Below, in pieces: positions 22,338 through 38,240 of a DNA stretch of 64,000 bases. Source of the DNA: the human T2T-CHM13v2.0 reference genome, Homo sapiens. Below the pieces are notes generated by a model. The model saw nothing but the letters and a program-made list of their open reading frames with translations, ran no database searches and had not been told where the DNA came from. The stretch is from NCBI RefSeq assembly GCF_009914755.1, contig NC_060927.1; one strand, written 5' to 3'. Position 1 is the stretch's first letter; each line of letters begins with the position of its first letter. Both the position numbers and the translations under genes were made by a program.

Positions 22338-22568
22338 TGAGTAGCTGGGATTACAGGCATGAGCCACCACGTCTGGCTAATTTTTGTATTTTTACTAGAG
22401 ACAGGGTTTCACCATGTTTGCCAGGCTGGTCTCGAACTCCTGACCTCAGGTGATCCGTCTGCCTCGGCCTCCCAACGTGCTCTGATTACAGGCATGAACC
22501 ACCGCACCTGGCCTTCTATTTCTTCGGAAAGTGAAATGGTTATAGCTAAACATACTGACTTTTCCCCT

Positions 22569-23400
22569 TGTGATACTGTAATACAATAAGAAAGATATAT
22601 TTGTCCTTTTCCCCAGTTTCTGGCATAAAGCTGCTAAAATCCTTGTAGTTTCCTAGTAATAAGAGCATCTTTTGTTATAATATTCAGTCTTAGTTCTTGG
22701 CACGTGAACTTCTGAGACCCTTACAACCTCCAGAGTGGTGTGTCTTTTGTATGCTAATGAGATGACTGGTAGCTGAGGTCCCTGAGATAGCTTAGGGATG
22801 GGGTCTGGTGGCAGAAAGATCAAGGAATAATTAGAGGGCTGGAACATTCAACCCCAACCTCCAACCTCTGGGAAGGGGAGAGGGGCTGGAGGCTGAGCTA
22901 ATCATCAATGGCTAATAATGTAATCAATCATCCCTATGTAATGAAACCTCCATACAAACCCTAAACAAGGAGATTCAGAGAGCTTCCAGGTTTGTGAACA
23001 CATGGAGGTGCTTGAAGGGTGGTGCATGGAAGGTCCATGCCCCTCCCTCCATACCTTGCCCTTTGTATCTCTTCCATTTGGCTGTTCCTGAGTTGTGTCC
23101 TTTATAATAAATCAGTAATAGGAAGTAAAGTGCCTTCCTGATTTCTGTGAGCCATTCTAGCACATTATCAAACATGAGAAGAGGGTTACGGGAACAGAAG
23201 TACAGTGGCCCAGAACTTATGATTGGCATCTGAAGTGGGGACAGTCTTGTGGGACTGAGCCTTTAACCTGTATGGTTTGATGCTAACTCTGGGTAGTTAG
23301 TGCCAGAGTTGAATTGTTAGACACCTAGCTGGTGTCCAGAGAGCTGAAGAACTGGTTGTTGGTGTGGGAAGAAACCCAAATACTTATGTGAGAATTTGAG
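22569..23400 (+). mobile_element. MER21-like LTR
   Basis: Starts TGTGATACTGTAATACAATAAGAAAG; contains GGCATCTGAAGTGGGGACAGTCTTGTGGGACTGAGCC as recalled for MER21. Confidence 0.7.
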
Positions 23401-25261
23401 CAGAAACAGTTCATACTCCCCTCTACTTGCTAGTTCAAGATTTGCGTAAGGAATGTCCACTTTCTTCAGGAAAGACGGATGGCTATTAACTAAGTTGTGC
23501 TGTTTTCAGACTTTTGCCTTTAACAGTGAGTTAGCTAAGTGTGCTATTTAGGATTCTGTTTAAAAATAGCAGAAACCTACTTGAATTAACTTAAATACAC
23601 TTAATTTATTATGAGGATTTCTGCATGCACCCTGGCACCCAAAGGCAAGAATGCAACTAGAAGTTCTGGAGCGTGGAAAATCCAAGCAATCAGGAACAAC
23701 AGGCAGCACACTCAGGTTCAATCTCAGCTCTTTCCTCACTTCTGATCCCTTTTTTGCTCTTTGCTTTCCTGCTTTCTCTGATCCTAGGCATAGGGCAGAA
23801 ATTGCCAGAGGTCCTAAGTTTACAACTCCATTTCAGAGACCAGCCCAAATTCAGTTAGAATCTCTCAGACTTAATTCCTAATTCTTGGCAGAGAGAATCG
23901 GATTTGCTTAGTTTGGGTTGGTTGTTCACTTCTGGTCTGATCCTATGGCCCAGGGGGCTGGGTCATGTGATGTAAATGAAGCTTCCAGGGCCCCATCCTT
24001 TGGGAGGGGGTGGTTAACCGGGCTGATGAGACACCCAAAAGATGCCTGTTGCTAATTAGATCACAGTCTTTTCCCTCATTTCTATTGCTTCATGTCTCCT
24101 GACAACTAAGATAACTGAGAAGCTTCAGGATTTTTTTTTTTCTCTTCTGCCTGGAAGCTTTCATAAATTTATTTTTGACAATTCATTCTGCCTTGGTGTT
24201 GATTATACTCTATTAACGTTTTTTGGCTCTCAGTGATCTCTCAGACTGCATTCACATCTTCCTCTGATGACAGTTTGTGACTGGCCAGTGGGTGGAAGAG
24301 CTGGTGGGGTTAGGGAAATGGGGATATAGTCTCCTCTGATTTCCTTGGGGCTCTGTCTTTGGGGTAAACAGCCACCTCTGGCCATAGCTGAGTGAGTTGG
24401 GTCTTTCTGTTTGGGATATATGTGTGCAAGCAACTCAACAGTAGCAAGCCTGGCTCTCTGGCTATAGCTCTCCATTTGATTCAGTTCTGGTTATCCCTCC
24501 CCTCCCCTCCCCTCCCCTCCTCACTCCTCTCCTTCTTTTTTTTTTTTGTATTTTCATATCCACTCCAATATGGAAGCTGTCTTGGTGGTAACAACAACTG
24601 TGTGGCTGCATGATTTCTCCTTTAATTCTGTCACTACTGCCATTCCTCCTAATAAGTCTCTGGAATCTCCTATTCTACCAGAATAGGTCTCTGGTAGGGT
24701 ATTTCCTGCCTCTCCTTGAATGCCCCTGCCCCTAGCCGTCATCTTCCCAAGCTGAGATTTCTTAGTAGCACCTTCAGACACATCTCATTCCATAAACTCC
24801 CCGTTCTCTCTCTATATATATATATATTTTTTTTTTTTTTTTCTCCAAGAAGGGTCCTTGCTCCCATAGCCGGAGTGCAGTGGTGTGATCTTGGCTCACT
24901 GCAGCCTCCACCCCCCGGGTTCAAGTGATTCTCCTTCCTCAGCCTCCCGAGTAGCTGGGATTACACGCATGTGCCACCATGCCCAGCTAATTTTTGTATT
25001 TTTAGTAGAGATGAGGTTTTGCCAGTTGGCCAGGCTGGTCTCGAACTCCTGACCTCGTGATGCCCCCGCCTCAGCCTCTCAAAGTGTTAGGATTACAGGC
25101 ATGAGCCACTGCGCCCGGCCTGTTCTTTATATCTTAACAGCAGTTAACAAGCTGTGGGGGAAGAACTCTGCCTCTTACAGTTCAGTCCAAATTATAATAA
25201 GCTTGGCTAATACACCTCTGCACTTGAGAGTATGAAATTGGGCTACTTCTCTAGTTTGTAG

Positions 25262-25901
<640 letters not shown>

Positions 25902-26178
25902 TGATTACTGTAATGTTATAGTATGGATTGATATATGGGTACAGCAAATTTCCTTTTTCCCCAAAAAATATTCTCACTAGTCTTTTCATCTGTCCCTCTG
26001 TATAAGCTTCATAATCCAGATTCTTTAGAACTTTAGAATAAAAAATTATTTCCTTTGGGATTGCAGTGACTTATAGATTAAATGAGAAATGACAGTTTTA
26101 GAAAAATAATGCTTTCCACTTATGAACATGTTCTCTCTTGTTATTTATTCAGTTCTTCTTTTATGTTTTTCAGTGAAG

Positions 26179-26180
<2 letters not shown>

Positions 26181-26219
<39 letters not shown>

Positions 26220-26256
26220 CGTGCGCGCGCATGCGTGCACACGTGCATGTGTGCGC
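26181..26256. repeat. 76-bp alternating purine-pyrimidine tract, (GT)n(GC)n with Z-DNA potential
   Basis: Read directly; the alternation is unbroken. Confidence 0.9.
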
Positions 26257-27463
26257 TATAGGTCTTGTCCATCTTCCAACTGAATTTTGGGGTATACTAT
26301 TGATTTTCTATGTTGGTCTTCATCTGGCCATCTAATTATCTACAGCGCATCTGCTTCCTTCCCACGTTCCCACCCAGGGCTTGAGTAGGAATCTTTTGTT
26401 TCAGGAACTAGTGACCATCAAGGATACAACTTTCTATTTCACCTACAAACAATGGGCCAGCCTGATGCCTGCTCAAAAGACCTTGTACAGAGATGGTATG
26501 GGAGATACAGTTCTGTTGCTTCTCCAGATGACGCCCTCTCTAGGACTTAGCCTTTGTACTTAGCTTCCTGGCTTCTTTCCTCTTATAGGCTGAGGTATCT
26601 CTCATAAGCTCATTTTCAGAATTCCATGAGCTGAGTTACCCAACTCACCCGCCTCAGGGACTGCTGGCCAGGGAGAGCCCTAGATTCTCTGTAGTATTGA
26701 AACAGATGTCCCCAGTTCCCTAGTAGAGGCTCTGCTTTGGGCACAATGGGAAATGAAAATTTTTTTGATGCCCTAATTGAGCCCTCTGTCCCTACACCAT
26801 CCCTGTTTTCTTGAGATCTTAGCCTCCTACCATGTGGGTGGGATACTACCACTATTTCAGCCCACACTCTCACAGGGCCAGATGTGTTACGCTCCTTCCT
26901 GAGTAAGACAGTTGGGCTCCTTCTGTAGAGTGCTCCACTTTCCCTGAGATCCCGCCTCACTTGTTCTCCGGGGTGTTCCAGTTCTTCCTCCACTTGCTAA
27001 AGGCAGAAGATGGGCTGAAAAGAGTTCCAGATATCAATTCTGGTTGACTCCCCACATTTTCCTATTCCTTTTTTTTCTCCTTGAGAAACATTTTATTCCC
27101 AAAACAAGTTCTGATATCTCTGCTGGAGCAAGGGGAAATACCATGGGGCCCAGATCCCTGGGTGCTGCTTGGCAGAGAGGCCCTGAGAGGTGTCTGTTCT
27201 GGGGAGTGAGAGAACCTGTGAGCTTCCCTTCCTGCTTTTCCTCTTTGTTTTTGTGTTTGTCTGTTTGCTTGTTTTAAGAGATAGGGTCACTGGGCACGGT
27301 GGCTCATGCCTGTAATCCCAGCACTTTGGAAGGCTGAGGTGGGTGCATCACTTGAGGTCAGGAGTTTGAGACCAGCCTGGCCAACATGGTGAAACCCGGT
27401 CTCTACTAAAAGTACAAAAATTAGCCAGGTGTGGTGGCAGGCGCCTATAATCCCAGCTACAGG

Positions 27464-28008
27464 CCCTGGTGTGTGATGTTCCTCTCCCTGTGTCCATGTG
27501 TTCTCATTGTTCAACTCTCACTTATGAGTGAGAACAGGCGTGTTTGGTTTTCTGATCTTGTGATAGTTTGCTGAGAATGATGGTTTCCAGCTTCATCCAT
27601 GTCCCTGTAAAGGACGTGAACTCATCCTCTTTTATGGCTGCATAGTATTCCATGGTGTATATGTGCCACATTTTCTTAATCCAGTCTATCATTGATGGAC
27701 ATTTGGGTTGGTGCCAAGTCTTTGCTGTTGTGAACAGTGCTGCCATAAACATACGTGTGCAGGTGTTTTTTATCGTAGAATGATTTATAATACTTTGGGT
27801 ATATGCCCAGTAATGAGATTGCTGGGTCAAATGGTATTTCTAGTTCTAGATCCTTGAGGAATCACCACACTGTCTTCCACAATGGTTGAACTAATTTACA
27901 CTCCCATCAACGATGTAAAGCATTCCTATTTTTCCACAACCTCTCCAACATCTGTTGTTTCCTGACTTTTTAATGATCGCCATTCTAACTGGCATGAGAT
28001 GGTATCTT
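27464..28008 (-). mobile_element. L1PA-type 3' fragment joined directly to a truncated + strand Alu (27290-27460)
   Basis: ORF 27522..27830 is the L1 ORF2 C-terminus (CTRMFMAALFTTAKTWHQPKCPSMIDWIKKMWHIYTMEYYAAIK). Confidence 0.9.
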
Positions 28009-29296
28009 AAGACTCAGAGGTGTTCCTCTCCATGGAAATCTTTAGTAAAAGGTGAAAGATTTATATGATCTGAAGAGAAGCCAGAGTATAATTTTCTACT
28101 ATTTTCAATACAAAGATGTGTTTTCATTACAATTAGAGGAATATAGGCTTCTGTGAGCTAGCCTGGAAGCAAACATAATCATTATTGTTCATTGTTTCTG
28201 TGAGAAAATGTAATGCTGTTTCTAAATATTGACCTAACAATAAACTCTGAGGAATTCATGATTGTAACTGGATGGAAACTGGCTTTCTTCATTTGAAATA
28301 AATTAATTGAACAAGATAAAAAAAATCCAGAGACATATATTTTGGCTTTTCTTCTTATTTTCAGCCTGTTCCAATTTCAAATCAAGCTATACAGAATCCT
28401 TTTATAGCATAGTGCCTTTCAATCCAGCCCCACCATTACCTTGAAGCACTCCCTTCCCAGTAATGACCCTGCCCTAGGACTTAAGGCTATTTCAGTAAGA
28501 AAACTTCCCAACAGTCCTTCTGCATCTACTTGTGAATCCTCTTTGCTGCAGCTATAGGTCATCTGATTAGTCCACTAATGGCCTTCATTAATGAAAAGAA
28601 TAGCCTTCTAAAATTGTAGATTAACTAAGAATATTCCTTATGCAGCCAGTAGCTTTCTTATCTGCTTTCGGTATCAGCCAACTTTCTGATGAAGATTTTC
28701 TCTCTTATCACAGAATATTTCATGGGTAATATTTGAACATAGAATTTTCTGGAAGTAAGAGTCGTTGGTTGGGTGTTGGAACCCTCGGTTCCTGGTCTGT
28801 GCTTCTCAACCTGCTGGATCTGGTGTGGTGCTGCAGCTGCTCACCTAGCCCTCTCCTCCAGACCCAGGCACATCCTGTTTCTTCTTCCCATGCTCTTGCT
28901 GCTGCTTCTCCCTCTTCCACCTCACTCTTTTCTCTAACCTCCTTCCCATCTTGAAGGGACCTGTTCATCTCCCTCTACACTCTTTAATTCTTGTCGCCCT
29001 GCTTCTGGAAACAAAATAGCTCCTCTTTTGACCCATCCTGTTAATTACCAGCATCTTCAGTTTTCTGTGGGATCCCATTAGGTCTCTGTCCTTGTTTCCT
29101 CTGGCCCTTATGCAGCCATTTTAGTCTGTTGGGAAGAAACCATATACTCAGAAAGTAACCTAGTAACACTTGATTGACTTTCTCCTCCAGCCCAGCTAAT
29201 GATTGAAATTTGACCCTTCCTTCCCTCCTTCCTTTCCTTTTCCTTCCTTCCTTCCTCCCTCTCTCCCTCCCTCCCTCCCTCTTTCTTTCTTTCTGA

Positions 29297-29446
<150 letters not shown>

Positions 29447-30076
29447 TAGTAGAGATGGGGTTTTGCCATGTTGGCCAGGCTGGTCTCAAACTCCTGACCT
29501 CAAGTGATCTGCCTGTCTCGGCCTCCCAAAGTACTGGGATTACAGGTGCGAGCCACCATGTCTGGCCTTGTCTTTTCTTTTTGTTATGTCACCATATAAG
29601 ACCAGAATTGTCATTAAGGGACTAATCCACAGTTGCCAACTTCTGAAGAAATAGAACCCCAAGGACTGACATCAGCAAGGGATGCAGTCTAGCACTCTGA
29701 CCATTAGGGCAGCTTAGAGTGGCAGCAGGGTCATTGCACAAGGAAGAAAAAGACAAAGAAGAGAGGTTTCATAGATGTATCAGTCAGGCAATATAGGTCC
29801 CTCCACTGTTCAGAAGAGAAGTTTAAGAAATTAGGTAAAATCATTAGTGACAGCATGCACCTTGTTACAAATCTGAGAGTTCACACAGAACAGATCTAAT
29901 GAATGTGGTGAGTGAAGCTGATGTTTCAAACTAAGGTCAGTCTTTCACCAACATCAGAGAATTTACCCTGGGAAGATATCATACAATTGTAAAGAATGTA
30001 GAAAAGCCTTTAAATATAGGTCAGAACTTTCACAGCACCAGAAAATCCACATAGGGAGAAACGGTACGCCATGTAG

Positions 30077-30746
<670 letters not shown>

Positions 30747-31624
30747 AGAACACCCACCTTCTTTAGCATCAGAAAACTCCACGGTGATGGCAGCTGTATA
30801 AATGGATGGAGTGCGGAAAAAAACTTAAGCTCCAAGATTGCCTTGAATTCTGATTCATTCTGTACCAGAAACTAAACATTCAGAAGACAATTGTTCAAGG
30901 CCAGGCACAGTGGCTCACACCTGGAGTTCAAGACCAACCTGGCCAACATGATGAAACCCCCTCTCTCCTAAAAATACAAAAATTAGCCAGGTGTGGTGGC
31001 GGGTGCCTGTAATCCCAGCTACTTGGGAGGCTGAGGCAGGAGAATCACTTGATCCCAAAGGTGGAGGTTGCAGTGAGCCAAGATCGCACCACTGCACTCC
31101 ACCCTGGGTGACAGAGCAAGACTCTGTCTCAAAAAGAAAAAAAAAGGCACTTGTTCAAGAGTAGGGCTGTCCACAGTTAGACCCTGCTAAGGAATGACTG
31201 TTCGTTATCTCACCTCCTAATTACAGGGAAAGAGTGTGGTCTGGCCCCACTCAGATCATATATTCATTCTTGATTAATTCAACTATGGGTGGGGGAGCAG
31301 AATTACACAGTATTTACACAGCTATCTGGGACTCACTGCTGTTGGTGAGGAGGGCAGTTAAAGGGGCTGTTGTATGCTGATAGATACTCTACAAAGACCG
31401 TACCATGTTGAGCATATACTTCCTAGACTAAGTTCATTTCCCTCAACACTCCATGCCAGAGGCTCTTAACCCAACTGCCCATTAGAACCACTTGGGATGT
31501 TGTGTTTTTGTTTTTGTTTTTTAATACCAATGCCTAGGCTGAATCCTAGACCAATTATTTCAGAATCTCTGGGAGCAGGTCCCAGGTATCAGTATTTTTT
31601 TTTTAATTCCCTAGGTAATTATAA

Positions 31625-31836
<212 letters not shown>

Positions 31837-32449
31837 TAGTAGAGACAGGGTTTCACCATATTGGCTAGGCTGGTCTCAAACTCCTGACCTCAGGTGATCT
31901 GCCTGCCTCAGCCTCCCAGAGTGCTGGGATTACAGGTGTTAGCCACCGCGCCCAGCCAAATAACCACTTCTGTAGACCTTTGCTACTCAAATTGTCACCT
32001 GAAGACCAGCAGCATTGGCATCACCTGGGAGATTTATCAGAACTACAAGCTCACTGAATCAAACTCTACTCTTTGACAATGCTACCAGGTGACTTCGTGG
32101 ACACACTAAGGTTTGAGAAGCATTACTCCAGACCCTGCTCCATGTGTGTGTCTTGGCATCTAATATTGCCAAGAAGAAGTCTGAGGCAGCCTGATTTTGC
32201 TTCCTTTTCAGTCTGGAAATTTGCAGAACTTTAAATCTTAAATTTTCGTAATTTCACTAGGATATGTCTTGTTGCTGGTTTTTCCCCATTAAAATTTCCT
32301 AGAATTTAGAGAGCATTTTCAGCCTGCAGATTCTCCTCCCTGATGAATGGCTTTTTCCTTCAAGTTTGTCCTATCAGGATTAGAACTAGGGTTAGATTTA
32401 AGGACACAACCCATTTTAAGATTATGTTGTCTTTCTAGTATGTATATAT

Positions 32450-33490
32450 TTTTTAAATTGAGGTATCACTGACATACAATAAGCCATGCATAAAGTGTAT
32501 GATTTGATAAGTTTTGCCATATGTATATGTCTCTCAAAAAATAACACAATCAAGATAACAAACATAATCATACCCCAAAAAGTTTCCTTATGCCCTTTTA
32601 TAATCTCTCCATTCCAGCCTGCTCCTCTCCTGCCTCCAGCCCCAAGAAACCACCAATCTGTTTTCTTTTACTATAGTTTTCCTTTTCTAGAATTTTATAT
32701 AAATGCTATCACACAGTATGTACTCTTTTTAAAGTTATTATTTTTTTTGGTGTGATGTCTTTCACAACACAGAATTATTTTGAGATTCACCCATGTTGTT
32801 GCATATATATCAGTAGTTCATTCCTTGTTATTACTGAGTAGTATTCCACTGTATGGATATGCCACAACTTAACTCAAATGATGGCCATTTGAATTGTTTC
32901 CAGTTTTTGGCTATTATAAATTAAGCTGTTATGAAAATTTGTATGCAAGTCTTTGTAATGTAAGGACATATGTTTTCATTTCTCTTGGGTAAATAACAAG
33001 AGTGAAATGGCTAGATAATAAGGTAGGTGTATATTTAATTTTTAAAGAATCTGCAAAGTTTTTCCAAAGAGACTGTGCCATTGTACATTTCCATCAGTAT
33101 TGTATGGGTTCCACTTCTGATACATCTTTGCCTACACTTGATGTTGTCTCTACTTTTAGCTTTTCTAGTAAGTGTGTAATACTGTTTCACTGCGGTTTTA
33201 ATTTGCATTTCTCTAATGACTAACAATGTTGAGCATCTTTTCAAATATTTAATTGCTTTCCATATATCTTCTTTGGTGAAGTATCTGTTCAAATCTTTTG
33301 CCTATTTTTAAAAATTGGTTTATTTTCTTATGAGTGAGTTTTGAGAGTCCTTTATATATTTTGGAAACAAGTCTTTTATCAAATATTTTTGGTATTTTCT
33401 CCCAGTCTGTGGCTTGTCTTTTCATTCTCTAAAAGTATCTTCTGAAAAGCAGAAGATTTAACTTTGATTAAGTCCAATTTATCATGTTTT
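32450..33490 (-). mobile_element. Ancient L1M (L1MC-like) 3' fragment
   Basis: ORF 33035..33292 is L1 ORF2-like (NRYFTKEDIWKAIKYLKRCSTLLVIREMQIKT). Confidence 0.8.
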
Positions 33491-33714
33491 TTTCCACTGG
33501 CTAATACTGTTTAGAATTTGTGGTGTATATGTATGTACGTTTATGTGCACCCACTCATGGTAAATGTTCATTTTAATAGGTTTAGCGAAGGGACAGTATG
33601 CACATGTATGTCCTTGTCATGCCATTGTTTCTGGAAATCTAATTATTTAAAACAAGTGCTGTGCATAAACTTTAAAGTGAAAATACTATAGATTTTATAA
33701 AATGAACTGTTTCT

Positions 33715-34228
33715 GTGACAGTTAAAATCTCTGTGCTAGGTGGCCCCACAATGGCTCCCAATGGTTCTCATATCCTGGCATTCAAACCTTGTGTATCTCT
33801 TCCCACACTGAATCATGACTAATCTGAGGAGAATGTATTGAGGAAATCATGATGCATGATTTCCAAAACTAGGTCATAAAAGCTTTGGCCTTGGCCTCTT
33901 GGATTGCTCACTTTGGGAGAAAGCTACATGCCATGTTGTGAAAACCCTCACATGGGAAGGAACTGACGCTTCCTGCCAACAACCAGCACCCACTTGACAG
34001 CCATGTGAGTAAACCACCTTGGAGGTGGATCCTCCAAACTCAGTCAAGCTTCAGATGACTTCAGCCCCACATGACACCTGACTGCAACCTCAGCAGAGAC
34101 CCTCAGCCAGTACCACCCAGCCAAGCTGCTCTTGAATTCTGGGTCCACAGAAACTGTCAAAAGATAACAATGTTTATTGTTTTTAGCCACAAAGCATTAG
34201 AGTAGTTTATTATCCAGCAGTAGATACA
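33715..34228 (+). mobile_element. MLT1 (F/G-like) MaLR LTR upstream of ZNF620
   Basis: CAGCCATGTGAGT...CCCAGCCAAGCTGCTCTTGAATTCTGGGTCCACAGAAACTGT...CAGCAGTAGATAC. Confidence 0.7.
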
Positions 34229-34929
34229 TAATATACTCTCCATGGCAGGACTTGTTTTGAAAGTGGTGGATAAATCTAATTCCTGTGGAAGGAATAACTA
34301 AAATCTGTTTCCAGGCTGGGCCGGGACACACATCCCAGTACAGGGCAGGAAAGGGCTCTAAGCCAAATGTTAATAGCTCTTTCGCTAAACTTCGAAAATT
34401 GTCCTTAAAAAAATCTATTTCCCTAAAGCACGCCACATATTGGAGTCCCAGCAGCACCTATTTTGTGTCTTCAAAAAACACAATTGGAAAACAAAACAAT
34501 ACAAACTCACGAGTACATACTATGTGCCAGGCACAACTGTAAATAATTTACCTATCAATTAACTAATTTAATGAATTAACCCTGAACAGCCTCAAGAGGT
34601 TGGTACCACCATCATAATACCCATTTAATAGACAAGGAAACCGGGGCAAAGAAACTTGCTGCAGGTCACACAACTAGCAAGTGGTGCAGCTGGGTTTCTG
34701 GACCTACGTAGTCCATACACATTCGGCCTTCTGAGTAATGGGTTCGCCTTTCCCCACACCCACTTTTCCCACTGCAGCGCACCCACACAATCCAGACAGT
34801 TTTGGCGCATGTGAAGGGCGCGATGGTCCCTTCATTATCTGGAAGGACACCCAGAGTGGCAAATGCCAGATAACCACGAATAATACCCAGGATAGTAACC
34901 ATTCTGTGGCCTGAGCTGGCCAGACGTCA

Positions 34930-35350
34930 TGCCCCGAAGGAGCTACCAGGTGTGGGCGCTGCAGGACCCCTGCCTGGGGCCGCCCGCTCGGGCCCGTGTT
35001 GTCTCAGGCAGTAGGGACACTGGCGCTGACGGCGGGGGTAGGAAACCACAGAGACTGGCAACTTCCCAGGTTCCTAGAGAGGAGGGGCATGGAAAACGCA
35101 CTTCCGGCGGAGGGTCTCAAGCTTTCCCCGGTGTCGGCGGCAGGTGGAATTTCCACGCTTTATCTGCGCCTGCGCCGCGCGGGATTCGCGGTCCGAGCTG
35201 AAGAGGTTCGCGGTCCGGGTAACTGATTGGTTTTCCTGGGGCTTGTTCTGCCTGGTTTTGCAACCCCTTTGCTTTTTGGGGTGAGGAGTTGGCGGAAAGG
35301 AGAGGGGCCCAAGTAGCACAGAGGGCATTTGCGGGGTGCGAGGCAGCATC
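34930..35350 (+). promoter_or_regulatory. ZNF620: CpG-island promoter and non-coding exon 1 of ZNF620 (predicted donor after 35218)
   Basis: CpG-rich; ETS/GABPA-type CACTTCCGG at 35099-35107; NRF1-type GCGCCTGCGC at 35166-35175; CGG|GTAACT donor. Confidence 0.8.
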
Positions 35351-35432
35351 AATCTCACCGGTGCTTCTTTATTTTCTCTTCAGTTTCACTTCTCCGAACC
35401 CTGAGGCAGTGTGTGAAGCTGGGACGCCAGCC

Positions 35433-35456
35433 ATGTTCCAGACCGCTTGGCGCCAG
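35433..35456 (+). CDS. ZNF620: ZNF620 first coding segment MFQTAWRQ (exon 35384-35456)
   Basis: CAGCCATG context; TTCAG| acceptor; CAG|GTGAGT donor. Confidence 0.92.
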
Positions 35457-35769
35457 GTGAGTGAGCATCCTCTCCCTCCCTCCCACCCTTTAGATGTCAA
35501 GAGAGAGCAGGTGTCACCTCTGCATTCAGATCTTGAGTTGTGTAGGCCAGTGGCTTCCATTGTGCATCTGTCACTATGAGAGGGATGGAGAGGTGAGAAT
35601 GCCCAAATTAAGACTAGAAAACTAGTGAGTGTGGGGGGATTGGTTGGGATTTGGCATTTGAAGCCAGCTTAAAAATAAAAATTATGAAATGTGGAAATCT
35701 GCATTATTACATCCAATAAAGACCCCTTTCACCCTAGTCCGCAGGCTTGGAGAAGTACTTACTTCTTCA

Positions 35770-38240
<2,471 letters not shown>

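Noticed and set aside
27522-27830. Reverse-transcriptase-family (L1 ORF2) protein fragment
   Set aside because: Short, truncated L1 relic that cannot be active
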